The notes: a model not told the origin generated them from the letters alone. Shown: positions 12,279 to 26,584, numbered from the stretch's first letter. The stretch is DNA of 64,000 nt from Candidatus Saccharimonadota bacterium (GCA_046350735.1 JAXLZU010000001.1:684462-748461), one strand, 5' to 3'. Numbers and translations are program-made.

Positions 12279-12977
12279 TTAGTTAATAAAATCTTTTAGA
12301 TCTTGCCAAGAAGAGCTAGCGGCACTTTCGTTATAATTGGGCCGGCCTGGCTGAAAGTATGCATGACCAGCGCTATATTCTTTGGCCAAGTAGGACACAT
12401 TAGCGCTTTTTAGCTCTTGCTTGGTCTTATCTCTATCTTCTTCGGGAATTGACTCATCTTGCGTGCCATAAAAAGATAAGACCTTTAAAGTTGGGTCATT
12501 TTTGCGCGCATTTACCAAGACTTCTATTGGTGTTTGTGCTTGATAATAGTCTGGTGTATGTGCTCCTGCCCCATAGAACGATACAATTTTAGTTACCGCC
12601 TGTTCTGTGCCGGTTAAGTAAGCTAGGCAGCCCGCAAAACAAAAACCTATTACACAAATCTGTTTAATACTCGGATTTTCCTGACGAATAGCGTCTACGG
12701 CTTTATTAAATGCTGGCACAAAATCTTCACCACGCATTTTCTGCATTAAACTAACAGCTTCATCAATCTCTTCTGGTGAGAATTTGTTTGTAGCGCCAGT
12801 AAGTGTATAGAAGTAGTCAAACATATACACCGGCTTTTGTAGTACTTTGGCAAATTCTTGCATAGTTGCCATTGCATAATCGGTAATACCAAATATATCT
12901 GGCATTAGAATTATTGCCATACTGTTGCCAGTTAATTTGTTATTGATATCTGCCTGGTAGATAAACGGGCTGTTCAT
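12279..12977 (-). CDS. Dienelactone hydrolase family protein
   Basis: PDIFG, the GFCFAG nucleophile motif, FYG, D and GHAY triad residues. Confidence 0.88.
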   Translation of the reverse strand: MNSPFIYQADINNKLTGNSMAIILMPDIFGITDYAMATMQEFAKVLQKPVYMFDYFYTLTGATNKFSPEEIDEAVSLMQKMRGEDFVPAFNKAVDAIRQENPSIKQICVIGFCFAGCLAYLTGTEQAVTKIVSFYGAGAHTPDYYQAQTPIEVLVNARKNDPTLKVLSFYGTQDESIPEEDRDKTKQELKSANVSYLAKEYSAGHAYFQPGRPNYNESAASSSWQDLKDFIN

Positions 12978-13124
12978 AGTTCTATTTTACCACGTAGCGA
13001 AATTGACATTACTAGAACACAAAAGATATACTGCAAGTGTCTAACGGGTGTAATACCCAGAGGAGGAAACTTTCGCAACTGTGTTTGGCTCGTGGTGCCC
13101 AAAAGCACCAGAGGGAGAAACGCC

Positions 13125-13436
13125 ATGTCTCGGCGGACGAAACGTCAGACCCGTACAGAGCTCTTGGAGGCAAAAGTAGCACGCCGGCTCGAGAAGGGAT
13201 ATCGGTTTCATCACGTTGCCCTCAATGGCAGCGTAATGCCTGTTTTGGCTCGGAACAGCGTAGATGCACTAAGTTTGTTTAATCTTTGGGTGGGGAAGCC
13301 CAAAAATTACGACCTTGGCTACAGCAGTGGTAATTGTGCTATCGTATGTGTTAGCGATGCTATACCCTCTCAATTCTGTATGTTTGTTGGCCGGCGCAAC
13401 CGAATGGCCTGCGTACGACAAGTTGTCTTGGTGTAG
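13125..13436 (+). CDS. Hypothetical protein
   Basis: ATG with a GGGAG SD, an upstream TTGACA promoter at ~13003, and a downstream hairpin plus T run. Confidence 0.5.
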   Translation: MSRRTKRQTRTELLEAKVARRLEKGYRFHHVALNGSVMPVLARNSVDALSLFNLWVGKPKNYDLGYSSGNCAIVCVSDAIPSQFCMFVGRRNRMACVRQVVLV

Positions 13437-13442
13437 ATTATA

Positions 13443-13467
13443 CCTCGAGGAAACTCGAGGATTTTTA
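13443..13467 (+). terminator. Rho-independent terminator
   Basis: CCTCGAG-GAAA-CTCGAGG followed by ATTTTT. Confidence 0.6.
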
Positions 13468-13501
13468 TGTCTTAGATAAATCTGTGCTATCTGGCTAATG
13501 G

Positions 13502-13530
13502 TTGAAAGAACTGCAAAAATGCGCTACAAT
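13502..13530 (+). promoter_or_regulatory. Sigma70 promoter of the tRNA-Ile/Ala unit
   Basis: TTGAAA-17 nt-TACAAT. Confidence 0.6.
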
Positions 13531-13558
13531 ATGCAAGTTACTTTTGATCAATTCAAAA

Positions 13559-13582
13559 GGGCGCGCAGCTCAGATGGCGAGA
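13559..13582 (+). repeat. Degenerate copy of the tRNA-Ile 5' end
   Basis: GGGCGCGCAGCTCAGATGGCGAGA here versus GGGCGCGTAGCTCAGATGGTTAGA at 13670. Confidence 0.7.
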
Positions 13583-13669
13583 AATGCGTAGCATTTATCC
13601 ATAAACAACAGCTGCGCTCGAATATAGCAAACTTTATAAGTCGTATAGTGTAGAAAATCCCGTAAACGC

Positions 13670-13746
13670 GGGCGCGTAGCTCAGATGGTTAGAGCGCGTC
13701 ACTGATAATGACGAGGTCCCTGGTTCAATTCCAGGCGTGCCCACCA
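13670..13746 (+). tRNA. tRNA-Ile(GAU)
   Basis: Cloverleaf, anticodon loop CTGATAA, GGTTCAATTCC T-arm, encoded CCA. Confidence 0.96.
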
Positions 13747-13764
13747 GAAAAATATTTACAATAC

Positions 13765-13841
13765 GGGGCATTAGCTCAGCTGGCTAGAGCACCTGCTTTG
13801 CAAGCAGGGGGTCCGGGGTTCGAATCCCCGATGCTCCACCA
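13765..13841 (+). tRNA. tRNA-Ala(UGC)
   Basis: GGGGCATTAGCTCAG..., anticodon loop TTTGCAA, GGTTCGAATCC T-arm, CCA end. Confidence 0.96.
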
Positions 13842-13919
13842 TGAATTTATTTGTATCTTAAAGCAACCACCATTAATGCTGGTTTGCTCCTAATTACGAC
13901 TTCGCACAGTCGCATACCC

Positions 13920-14810
13920 ATGTCAACATCCAGCTCATACCATTCAAAGGAAACCCCTGATTCAGTAATCGCATACCAAAGACTCAAGGCTATAACTGAC
14001 GCCGTCTATTCTGGGTCTAAAACAGACTATGGCAAAGATGTGCTGGCCCTCCTCAAAAGCTTCAACATTAGTCCGCGACAAGATGATGGACAGCTAAAGG
14101 CTGTAAATATCTCAATACCAAGTTCCATCTCGGATTCGATAGTGGTGGGCTTGAGGTACGTTAAGAAAGACGGGACTGACACCGAAGATCACTTCCTATT
14201 CAGGAAGGGTGAAAACTTGCGGGCGTTCTATAAAGACGGATTTGAAAAATACGCCCGTGAGTACGCCGGCGCACACAAAGAACAGACTAAAGAGAGGTCT
14301 GAGCCAGTAACCCCTGAGTACGCCGCCTGGATCTACTTGAATTTAGATCTAGCCAAGATCAGTTATGCGCTTGATTGTTACGATCAAATTTTTGAAATTG
14401 TTAATGTTCGAGATGATGCATACAACCTAGCTCTCCAAATACTTCTAGACAGCCTATCGTCCTCAATTGTTGTTGGACTTGCTAGATACTTTGAGAAGAG
14501 AAAAGACAGTTGGGGCCTAGACAAACTTGGAGTTTCAACAAAAGAAGTTTGCGAGCTCAAAGAGAAGTATGACGAATTGATGGAACTACGTCATTCACAG
14601 TTGTCACATCTCAAGAAAGGCAAAGAGTCTAAGTATCAATTCTTCTTCCTAAGCGACAGAGGCACAGAGCTCGCTAGAGAGTTGGTCCAAGAAGTCCATA
14701 AAATGTTGTCTGAAATTGGACGAACGGAATACTCTGGTCAATCCTATGCGCTTACATGGGCGGGAGCAGATACCTCTCTCGAATTGCTGATTGAAAGGCT
14801 TAAGGGATAA
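13920..14810 (+). CDS. Two-domain protein with C-terminal HEPN (AbiU2-like) domain, putative defence RNase
   Basis: Helical C-terminal half with LRHSQLSH (Rx5H); located in an islet directly after tRNA-Ala. Confidence 0.55.
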   Translation: MSTSSSYHSKETPDSVIAYQRLKAITDAVYSGSKTDYGKDVLALLKSFNISPRQDDGQLKAVNISIPSSISDSIVVGLRYVKKDGTDTEDHFLFRKGENLRAFYKDGFEKYAREYAGAHKEQTKERSEPVTPEYAAWIYLNLDLAKISYALDCYDQIFEIVNVRDDAYNLALQILLDSLSSSIVVGLARYFEKRKDSWGLDKLGVSTKEVCELKEKYDELMELRHSQLSHLKKGKESKYQFFFLSDRGTELARELVQEVHKMLSEIGRTEYSGQSYALTWAGADTSLELLIERLKG

Positions 14811-14858
14811 TTGCGAGCCTTGGCTTTTCCTTGCATCGGCGCGACAATAGATCGTGTA

Positions 14859-15101
14859 ATGCCAAAGTCAGACACCAAACAACCAGGCAAAGATCACTTC
14901 CGTATTCGTCGAGTACGCCAAGAGCTTTATCACGTCACTGATAATCACCACTTTGTGGAGTATCGGACGAGTGATCCCTCACTCTTTCGGCCGAGCAAGC
15001 AAGTCATCCTGAAGCCGACGTACAAGAAAGACGTTGACATGCAGCAACTAGCCGACGCCCTGCTCCGCCTCCTGGAAGACATGAATCAGGATTCTGAATA
15101 G
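14859..15101 (+). CDS. Small hypothetical protein, mobile-element associated
   Basis: Basic N-terminus and C-terminal DVDMQQLADALLRLL helix; last gene of the islet. Confidence 0.5.
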   Translation: MPKSDTKQPGKDHFRIRRVRQELYHVTDNHHFVEYRTSDPSLFRPSKQVILKPTYKKDVDMQQLADALLRLLEDMNQDSE

Positions 15102-15175
15102 AATTCAGTATTTCAAGTAATTTCATGTTTTCTTGTTATCTGTCTGTGTTTGAAAGCTGCGCGATTAGCTCCACC

Positions 15176-15204
15176 AAAAGAGACTCAAACATGGGTCTTT
15201 TTTT
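15176..15204. terminator. Bidirectional intrinsic terminator
   Basis: AAAAGAGACTCAAACATGGGTCTTTTTT hairpin between convergent units. Confidence 0.55.
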
Positions 15205-15207
15205 GTT

Positions 15208-15567
15208 TTATCGCTGTTTACATTCTCCAATTATCTTATCTAGGGCTAATTTTGTTTCAATAGATTGTGGATCTGCATCAAATTTTTTGGCCTGGTCGTA
15301 TGTATATTTCTGTTTTAATAGCCTATATATACAACTACAATCAGAAGATGAGCTACCCTGAGCTTGACAGCTGGTTAGGAAATTATTTTCGAACTCCTTT
15401 GTGTAGCCCGTGTCTTTATATATATCTTCTAACTTAATATCAATACCTATCGCCAAAACAAAGAAACCCACGATACAGAAAAGAATAATTGCCCACTTAA
15501 CGAGTTGGTGATTCTTCTTTAGTGTTTTAGTGCTTGGCTTATCTGCTATATCATCTGTTGTTGTCAT
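15208..15567 (-). CDS. Hypothetical membrane protein with Cys-containing external domain
   Basis: One TM; FLTSC...CSCIY...GEC pattern. Confidence 0.7.
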   Translation of the reverse strand: MTTTDDIADKPSTKTLKKNHQLVKWAIILFCIVGFFVLAIGIDIKLEDIYKDTGYTKEFENNFLTSCQAQGSSSSDCSCIYRLLKQKYTYDQAKKFDADPQSIETKLALDKIIGECKQR

Positions 15568-15642
15568 ACGTCTTTACTGTAACATATCTGTCGAGTTGGA
15601 TTACAAAAAAATTTCTGATTGAAGTATGTTAGAATATTACTT

Positions 15643-15900
15643 ATGCTTGGTTCGATATTTCTTGGTCTACTTATGATAGTTATTGGTGTTGTAATTGTGG
15701 TGTTTCGACGCAATATTTATAACTTTACCGGCTACATTGACTTCGTAGAAGGTTGGTTCCCCGGGGGAACAAATACGTTTATTCTTTTTTTTGGTCTAGC
15801 CCTTATCTTAATTGGCATTTTCTTTGTTACAGGAATAGGCAACTCTATTACTGCACCAATTACCGACCAACTAAAAGCTGTATTTGGTGGCGTAAAATAA
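15643..15900 (+). CDS. Small two-TM membrane protein
   Basis: Hydrophobic ORF with TAGAAT -10 element 7 nt before the ATG. Confidence 0.7.
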   Translation: MLGSIFLGLLMIVIGVVIVVFRRNIYNFTGYIDFVEGWFPGGTNTFILFFGLALILIGIFFVTGIGNSITAPITDQLKAVFGGVK

Positions 15901-15918
15901 TATAGACAATCTCTACAC

Positions 15919-15949
15919 AAAAAGCACTCAAATAATTCGAGTGCTTTTT
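15919..15949. terminator. Bidirectional terminator downstream of 16S
   Basis: AAAAAGCACTC...GAGTGCTTTTT. Confidence 0.7.
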
Positions 15950-16128
15950 GTTATTGATCTGTAAAATGTGTCAGCAGACAGTTGTAAATTTGCCCTAACA
16001 ATAGTTAGAGATCGACCTAGAAGTAATCGCAGAATTGGCAGGAGCGACTCAATACATTGAATGCTCAACTACTTTTTCTGGCCTCGACTCTAATGTTCGA
16101 GGAATGCATTGCTGCATTGTTTCTCCCT

Positions 16129-17676
<1,548 letters not shown>

Positions 17677-17723
17677 AGAAAAGTGATCAAGACCACAAAG
17701 ACAACTATTTCTTTTGGCGGCAA

Positions 17724-17784
17724 GCCGCCAGCGGTCATAATTAGTCCCTGAGCCAGGATCAACCTCTCCAAAAAATTGAAAAGT
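17724..17784 (-). repeat. Degenerate duplicate of 16S 5' end in the leader
   Basis: gccgccagcg...cctgagccaggatcaacctctccaaaaaa repeats 17634-17677. Confidence 0.75.
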
Positions 17785-18053
17785 AAACTTTTCAAAATAG
17801 AGATCTCAGATAAATCTGAGACTCACCAAATGGTGATGTTTGAACCGAACTTTTGGTTCGTTATTGTTCAAAAGAAATTACAGGTTACCCTGTAGATTGT
17901 ACATCTACAAAGCTGCTGACACATTTTACATATCAATGATCTTGAAATCTCCCCGCAATTTACGCGCAAAAAAACAAAACTCAGTCAATTTATCTTGTGT
18001 CGTTACAAATTGACCGTTTTGTTTTTCTGATAGAGAGCTATCAATCTGGAGTA

Positions 18054-18083
18054 ATTGTACCGTATATCTTATCTCTAAGTCAA
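18054..18083 (-). promoter_or_regulatory. Probable 16S promoter
   Basis: TTGACT-18 nt-TACAAT on the minus strand. Confidence 0.55.
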
Positions 18084-18103
18084 TACTTTTGTTCAGATTA
18101 GAA

Positions 18104-18940
18104 TTAGCGTTTTTTGCCGGCTTTTTTAAGCCAAGCTTCTTTTTTAAGTTCGTGTACAGGCTTTTTGTTTGATTTAACAGTTTGAACAAGTTGTATTACA
18201 CAGAAAATTACACCAGCGAGCCATACCAAACCAATAAATACAAAACTAAATAAACCATACGGATAAGAAACATTTTCATAATAAAGAAACGCTAGTATGG
18301 CAACGAGTAAGCTTGCGCCTAAATTAGTACAGAGTAAATAAAAGTTATAGCTAGTGGCTTTTTTTACCCGCTTGTATAGCGACTGAATTACAAAGAAAAC
18401 TACTACACTAATTAATGCAAAACCACCGGCTGCTATCATAATTGCTTTGGCTTGTGGAGCAGCGAGAGCAGTATTAAACACATTAAAGTAAGGAAACACT
18501 GTTTGATAACCAAACAAACAGGCAATAACAAACCCTAGAATAGAACCAATAACTACCTCGAGTGGTTTGTGGCCCAATATTTCTCGCATTTGGCTGTAGT
18601 CGTCAGCATTCTTTAACCCGCCAGTCTTAGAAAGATCGGCAATTAATTTATTAATGGTTTTGGCTTGTTCTCCAGCACTACGACGCACACCAAAGCTATC
18701 ATACATAACGATAGCGGCTAGCACTGCAGCAAACCCAAAGAGCGGATTGTTGGGGCCGCCTGCAATTAATGCCCAAGTAGCAAGACTAGTAACTACCGCC
18801 GAATGTACCGAGGGCATACCTCCACTTGCGTACAAATAACGCAAATCTACATCACCACGAACTAATGCTAAGAAAAACTTAATAGCCTGAGCCACTGCCC
18901 AAGTTACAAACGGAACTATCAAATAAAACGTTACATTCAC
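18104..18940 (-). CDS. Divergent PAP2 (DUF212) family membrane protein with C-terminal TM extension
   Basis: AQAIK, SGGMPSVHSA, VMYDSFGVRRSAG, LGHKPLEV motifs. Confidence 0.88.
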   Translation of the reverse strand: MNVTFYLIVPFVTWAVAQAIKFFLALVRGDVDLRYLYASGGMPSVHSAVVTSLATWALIAGGPNNPLFGFAAVLAAIVMYDSFGVRRSAGEQAKTINKLIADLSKTGGLKNADDYSQMREILGHKPLEVVIGSILGFVIACLFGYQTVFPYFNVFNTALAAPQAKAIMIAAGGFALISVVVFFVIQSLYKRVKKATSYNFYLLCTNLGASLLVAILAFLYYENVSYPYGLFSFVFIGLVWLAGVIFCVIQLVQTVKSNKKPVHELKKEAWLKKAGKKR

Positions 18941-19001
18941 ACTCTTCCCCTCTAACTTTTATATTAGTATAGCGAATATAGCGCTAGAAACCAAGTAAGA
19001 A

Positions 19002-21545
19002 TTAGTGCTTTGGCTCTTTGGCTTCTGACTTTTGAGTTTCTTCTGCTTCGTTAGTTTCTGCCGGTGTATCTGGTAGAACGGTTAGAGAGGCTACGCTATC
19101 GCCTTCAGCCATTCGCATAATGCGCACACCTTGGGTAGCTCGACCTATCGTTGGTATATCATTTAGGCGTAATCGGATTACCTGACCTTGCTTAGAAATA
19201 ATCAAAACGTCATCTTGAGTGTTGTGCAACACGCGCACATCGATAGCCTTGCCTGTCTTGGTAGTTGCAACACCAGCTTTAATACCTACACCACCACGAT
19301 TATGACGGGTAAACTGCTGAGTTTTGGTAATTTTGCCATACCCGTTTGCCATAACCACCAACATAATACCTTCTTCACCACTCAGTACATCCATACCAAC
19401 TACACTATCATCACTACGCAGACGAATACCTCGTACACCACGGGTAGCTCTACCCATTGGTCGGGCATCGGATTCAGAAAATCGAATTGCCTGCGCCTTG
19501 GCAGTAGAAATAATGACATCATCTTTGCCAGAAGTTTTCTTTACCCAATTGAGCTCATCACCACTATCTAATTTAATACAGATAATACCGTTGGTTCTAA
19601 TATTGGAAAAGTCGCTCACGGCAGTCTTTTTGATAACACCATTCTTGGTAGCCATAAATAAGAATTGAGCTGTATCGTCTTTACTTAGTGTTAGCATAGA
19701 CGTTACACGTTCGTCTGGGCTGAGATTAATAACCCCAGCAATAGCTTGTCCCTTTGCAGTGCGCGAGGCAGCAGGAATCTCATACACTTTTAACTTAAAT
19801 ACACGCCCCAGACTCGTAAAGAATAAGATGGTGTCGTGACTACGGCATTGTAAGACATGCATTACCACATCTTCTTCTTTGGTGCTCATACCAATTTTGC
19901 CCTTACCACCGCGGCCTTGGCTAGCATAGGTATCGGCAGGTATGCGCTTTATGTAATTACCTTTGGTAAGGCTAATAACCGAGTTCTCATCTGGAATAAG
20001 ATCTTCGTCAGAAAAGTTACCTAGTGCTTTTTTGACAATTTGAGTACGGCGCTTGTCACCATATTTTTCTTTCATTTCTTCTAGCTCTTCGCGAATAACC
20101 TTTAAAATGTTTGCTTCGCTACTAAGTATCTCTTGCAGCTCTTTAATAAGTTTTTGCAAAGCATTGTATTCATCTTCTATCTTTTTGCGCTCTAAGCCAG
20201 CTAGTGTACGGAGCTGCATAGCCAAAATAGCGTTAGCCTGTATCTCGCTCAGCTTAAATTTGGTAATAAGATTTTGACGAGCCTCATCTTGACTGTTTGA
20301 TTCGCGAATAGTCGATATAACTTTATCGATTTGATCAAGTGCAATACGCAAACCCTCTAAAATATGTGCTCTAGCTTCGGCTTTCTTTAGCTCAAACTCA
20401 GTACGTCTACGCACTACTACCTGTCGGTGTTTGAGATATTCTCGCAATACCATCTCTAAGTTGAGAACGCGAGGCTGTATGCCATCAACAAGTGCGAGCA
20501 TATTTACATGAAATGCAGTCTGCATAGAAGTCATTTTATATAGCTGGTTGAGGATCTTGTTAGAGAAAGCGTCTTTTTTGAGCTCAATAACAATACGAAC
20601 TTCTTCTTTGGCAGACTCATCTCGCAAGTCAGAGATACCAACAATTTTTTTATCCCTAACCAACTCAGCAATTTTTTCGACTAGAGTAGATTTATTGGTC
20701 TGGTACGGAACTTCGGTAATAATAATCTTTTCGCGACCATTCTTTTCTTCTTCTACACTGGCAACCGCGCGCATAGTAATGCTGCCCCGACCAGTACCGT
20801 AGGCATGGGCAATAGAGCCGTCATCAAAAATTACTCCGCCAGTTGGAAAGTCTGGACCCTTTACTATTTTAATAAGGTCGGTTACACCAGCCTCTGGATT
20901 ATCGATAAGATAAATAACAGCATCTACTACTTCAACAAGATTATGCGTAGGAATATTGGTAGCCATACCTACAGCAATACCTTGTACACCATTTAGAAGC
21001 AAGTTGGGTAGCTTAGCTGGTAACACCTTTGGTTCACGTTGGCTGCCATCGAAGTTAGGCATAAAATCAACAGTATCTTTGTCTATATCGGTAAGAATAT
21101 CTTCAGCAATTTTGGTCATTCTGGCTTCGGTATAACGGTGGGCAGCAGCTCCATCGCCATCCATACTACCAAAGTTACCCTGTCCATCTACTAATCTATA
21201 TCGCATTACCCAGTCTTGTGCCATACGCACCATAGAATCGTACACTGCTAAGTCGCCATGAGGATGATACTTACCAAGTACTTCACCAACGATAGTAGCA
21301 GACTTACGATATTTAGAGCCAGATCGAAGACCGAGATTGTTCATAGCATAGAGAATTCTCCTGTGTACCGGTTTTAGGCCGTCACGAACATCTGGGAGTG
21401 CGCGAGAAACAATTACGCTCATAGCGTAATCGAGATAGCTCTTTTCCATCTCATTTTCGATAGTACGATCTTCTAGCTTGCCGATATTAAGCAAGTCTAC
21501 TTCTTGTTCTGGCTGTTTCTTAGCTGGTTTATCTTTGGTTGCCAT
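19002..21545 (-). CDS. gyrA: DNA gyrase subunit A
   Basis: [34 protein letters not shown], catalytic RYTE, GyrA-box QGRGGKG. Confidence 0.98.
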   Translation of the reverse strand: MATKDKPAKKQPEQEVDLLNIGKLEDRTIENEMEKSYLDYAMSVIVSRALPDVRDGLKPVHRRILYAMNNLGLRSGSKYRKSATIVGEVLGKYHPHGDLAVYDSMVRMAQDWVMRYRLVDGQGNFGSMDGDGAAAHRYTEARMTKIAEDILTDIDKDTVDFMPNFDGSQREPKVLPAKLPNLLLNGVQGIAVGMATNIPTHNLVEVVDAVIYLIDNPEAGVTDLIKIVKGPDFPTGGVIFDDGSIAHAYGTGRGSITMRAVASVEEEKNGREKIIITEVPYQTNKSTLVEKIAELVRDKKIVGISDLRDESAKEEVRIVIELKKDAFSNKILNQLYKMTSMQTAFHVNMLALVDGIQPRVLNLEMVLREYLKHRQVVVRRRTEFELKKAEARAHILEGLRIALDQIDKVISTIRESNSQDEARQNLITKFKLSEIQANAILAMQLRTLAGLERKKIEDEYNALQKLIKELQEILSSEANILKVIREELEEMKEKYGDKRRTQIVKKALGNFSDEDLIPDENSVISLTKGNYIKRIPADTYASQGRGGKGKIGMSTKEEDVVMHVLQCRSHDTILFFTSLGRVFKLKVYEIPAASRTAKGQAIAGVINLSPDERVTSMLTLSKDDTAQFLFMATKNGVIKKTAVSDFSNIRTNGIICIKLDSGDELNWVKKTSGKDDVIISTAKAQAIRFSESDARPMGRATRGVRGIRLRSDDSVVGMDVLSGEEGIMLVVMANGYGKITKTQQFTRHNRGGVGIKAGVATTKTGKAIDVRVLHNTQDDVLIISKQGQVIRLRLNDIPTIGRATQGVRIMRMAEGDSVASLTVLPDTPAETNEAEETQKSEAKEPKH

Positions 21546-21546
21546 A

Positions 21547-23619
<2,073 letters not shown>

Positions 23620-23715
23620 TTAAAAGCCTTTTGTAAATCAAATAAAAAGATAAGCTATTAAAGCTTATGAGGTACTTTAATTATAGGGTAGTTCCAGATA
23701 GAGTGCAAGCTATTT

Positions 23716-24036
23716 TTACTCAACTTCGGCTTTTATTCCACCAAAGCGATTGGCTACTACATTATAAAGACCAGCAATAATAATACCGGCAATAAAACCG
23801 ATAAGAATATATATACCAACAAAGATTGCACCGAGCAATAAACCACCCACTAAGCCACCAACGATGCCTAAAACTAGATTATTAGAGCTAGCTCCGGCAG
23901 CAATCGCGATAGCAAAAATAATAAAGAAATAAATTACCCCAATAATAATCCCTATAAGCCCGTAAATTGCTGCCATAATCTTACCAACACTTACTATATC
24001 GAACCGTTTAATTGTTACTTCTTTTTGCGTTGCCAT
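23716..24036 (-). CDS. Small membrane protein (DUF3566-like)
   Basis: IKRFDIVSVGK...LYNVVANRFGGIK pattern; two TMs. Confidence 0.7.
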   Translation of the reverse strand: MATQKEVTIKRFDIVSVGKIMAAIYGLIGIIIGVIYFFIIFAIAIAAGASSNNLVLGIVGGLVGGLLLGAIFVGIYILIGFIAGIIIAGLYNVVANRFGGIKAEVE

Positions 24037-24054
24037 TTCTACTCCTCTATATTA

Positions 24055-26466
24055 TTAATCAATTATAAACCAATTAAACTCTACTGTCGTCGCTTGTGTT
24101 TTTTCTAGATGAATACTAAAGCCATTAGGCCCTGAATTAGACACCCAATAATTTCCGTCTATTTGACTCAGCGGTGTTAATTGTACGTTGGGTAACCCAC
24201 TGTGTCCACCTGTGACGCCAACTTGCAGAACCGTCGCACCAGCGGCCAAAGAAGTTCTGCCGCGATTTGCACTACTGCCGGCTATTACATCGTTAAAGCT
24301 AGCAGTACCGTTAAATGTGGTATTCTTGGAAAATGTTACATCGGCTTGATGATTTACTAATGCCGCAAACGTTACATTACCCTGAAACTCAGTATCGGTC
24401 GTAACAATACCACCAGAGAACACCGCATTTGCTACTTGATTGCCATTCTTTAGTGCGTCAATTTGTGTTTGTTGCTGCTGCACAGCATTTACAAGGTAAG
24501 GCAAAATACCATCTTTATTAAGGCTTAAATTGCCATTATTGTCCGTGCTAACTAATTCTGGCAAAATTTTAGCTACCTCTTGAGCGATAAAGCCATCTTG
24601 TTGTATACCGGCAGGATCGCTCTTCCAGTTAAAGGTAACACCTCGCAATTGCGAGATAACATCGAGGCCGTTATTGACAGAGAGAATATTGGTTTTTAGT
24701 TTTTCATCAGAGCTACAACTCCAGCCGGTCCCAGTAACTACAGTACATTGCGTACCAGCCGAACCATTAAACTGAGCAACATTCGTCGTAGAAGCATCGG
24801 TTACATTCAGTCGAAAGGCACCTGGAGAGTTTGTACCTATGCCGGCACTACCATTGGCAGTAATAACGCTCTGCGCAGTACCTGTGGAGTTTTGCCATTG
24901 AGTAAGATTACCAGTTTGGCCCGCAGTGCCCTGTACTACCAGGGGTTTATCTGTGGTAACGCGAGAAGTAACTTGAATTGTAGCATTTGTATCAGCCGTG
25001 GATGGGTTATTTATAATCAGCTTATTACCTCCGGTTAGGGGCTCTAGAAAACCACATAAAACGTTCGAAGTTTCACTACCAGAGCAAATACCTATCTTCA
25101 CCTTGCCTTCAAAAAAGTTCTGACTATATGTACCTTCTGAGCTAATGTTGGCATTTACTACTGTACCCAGATTTGCAAGTGGGTTTAAGAATTGATTAAT
25201 TGGGCTTGCTGGGCTAGTGTCGAGCACCTGGATGCCAAAATATTTACTAATTGTCCCACCCTGAATAACATTAGGAAATCCTAAAAACGGTAGAAGCTGT
25301 GGATTAAAGGCATTATAGCCAACGTATGAATTAATATTACCAGCATTAATAGCTGGCATTGCTAGATTACCATTGGCACGATTAATTGTTCCTGCCCCCA
25401 AGTTAGAAACAAGCGATATATTACCTACTCCAACATCAACCGTACCTGTACCATTATGAGCATATGATGACAGAGAACCGCCATTGAGATCATAGTTAAA
25501 TGCGCCATTTGTCTGCAGGGCAGAATACGAGCCAGCAAAAAGATTGTCGTTAGTTGCAGGGTCTATGGTTGGCTCTATAAGTAACTCGTTAGCAAGCCCG
25601 GCATATATACCTTTGTTGATAGAATTCTGATACACAATCTGTTGAGTTGTAAGAGTTCTGCTAATATCTCTGCCACCAAACAATCCTCCGGCGTTTAGAA
25701 TAGTACCTTGCGGTGTAGCATTTGGTCCTACCAATAACTGGCCAGAGAAACTACCAGTACCCTCAACATCTAGATTGTAGTTAGGGGCACTACTACCGAT
25801 ACCAACAAAGTTATTTGCCGAGTCGATACTAAGTATCGGTGAGCCCGATGCATCTTGCACCTCAAATGCACCTATTGAATTACTCGTATTACGAAAAATC
25901 TGATTCGTACCGGTAAATGCCTGAAAGTTGTGGTCGAGATAAGCAATATCACTCGGTAGAGAGCTAGAGGATAATGAGCCAGTAATAAAGTTCGCATTTA
26001 AGCTACCTTGTAATGTGGTAGCACTCAAAGTACCACCAACGTTAGCATTCCCGCCAATATTAAGATCGCCAGCTCCATTTATTGTACCGAGTACAGTTAG
26101 ACTACCTGTGTTTAATTGATTGCCATTTACTGTTAGCTGACCATTGAGCGGAGTAGTAGTAACACCAGATACGTTTAAGTTGGTCGGGTTATAATTATCG
26201 GCCGCAGTAATTGTCTTACCAATACCACCACGCGAACGCACCGTAATGTATACTGCAAATGCCAGAGCTGCGAGTAATAGCAAAATAAGCACAATCCACA
26301 TTGCTCGAAACAGTATGCCTCTGCGATGAGCAGACAGCACACTTTGATTGTTTTCGAACGCCTCAGAGCTAACAGCATTTTCTTTGGCAACTTCTGCCGA
26401 AAATGTTGTAGCCGCGCTCGCCGAAACCTGTGCGTTTGGTATTTGTTGTGGGCTAGATTGTTCCAC
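24055..26466 (-). CDS. Membrane-anchored tail-fibre-like protein with S74 intramolecular chaperone
   Basis: N-terminal TM, fibre repeats (VGIG..PNY.LDV.G), SDEKLKTNI...GFIAQEV, coiled coil and an extra C-terminal beta domain. Confidence 0.85.
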   Translation of the reverse strand: MEQSSPQQIPNAQVSASAATTFSAEVAKENAVSSEAFENNQSVLSAHRRGILFRAMWIVLILLLLAALAFAVYITVRSRGGIGKTITAADNYNPTNLNVSGVTTTPLNGQLTVNGNQLNTGSLTVLGTINGAGDLNIGGNANVGGTLSATTLQGSLNANFITGSLSSSSLPSDIAYLDHNFQAFTGTNQIFRNTSNSIGAFEVQDASGSPILSIDSANNFVGIGSSAPNYNLDVEGTGSFSGQLLVGPNATPQGTILNAGGLFGGRDISRTLTTQQIVYQNSINKGIYAGLANELLIEPTIDPATNDNLFAGSYSALQTNGAFNYDLNGGSLSSYAHNGTGTVDVGVGNISLVSNLGAGTINRANGNLAMPAINAGNINSYVGYNAFNPQLLPFLGFPNVIQGGTISKYFGIQVLDTSPASPINQFLNPLANLGTVVNANISSEGTYSQNFFEGKVKIGICSGSETSNVLCGFLEPLTGGNKLIINNPSTADTNATIQVTSRVTTDKPLVVQGTAGQTGNLTQWQNSTGTAQSVITANGSAGIGTNSPGAFRLNVTDASTTNVAQFNGSAGTQCTVVTGTGWSCSSDEKLKTNILSVNNGLDVISQLRGVTFNWKSDPAGIQQDGFIAQEVAKILPELVSTDNNGNLSLNKDGILPYLVNAVQQQQTQIDALKNGNQVANAVFSGGIVTTDTEFQGNVTFAALVNHQADVTFSKNTTFNGTASFNDVIAGSSANRGRTSLAAGATVLQVGVTGGHSGLPNVQLTPLSQIDGNYWVSNSGPNGFSIHLEKTQATTVEFNWFIID

Positions 26467-26584
26467 TATCTCCTGCTCTCTTACAATTTGGATTTAGCGT
26501 AAATAACCAAATTGGTAGCTCTTTTATTATACCGCTTACGTTTGCAGATTGGCAACAGATTGTAAAACTTTTGTTATATAGCAG

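Larger units (their letters stand above)
13833..15176 (+). mobile_element. Degenerate genomic islet integrated at tRNA-Ala 3' end
   Basis: GCTCCACCA of the tRNA-Ala 3' end recurs at 15168-15176, immediately followed by a terminator-like hairpin. No integrase remains. Confidence 0.5.
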
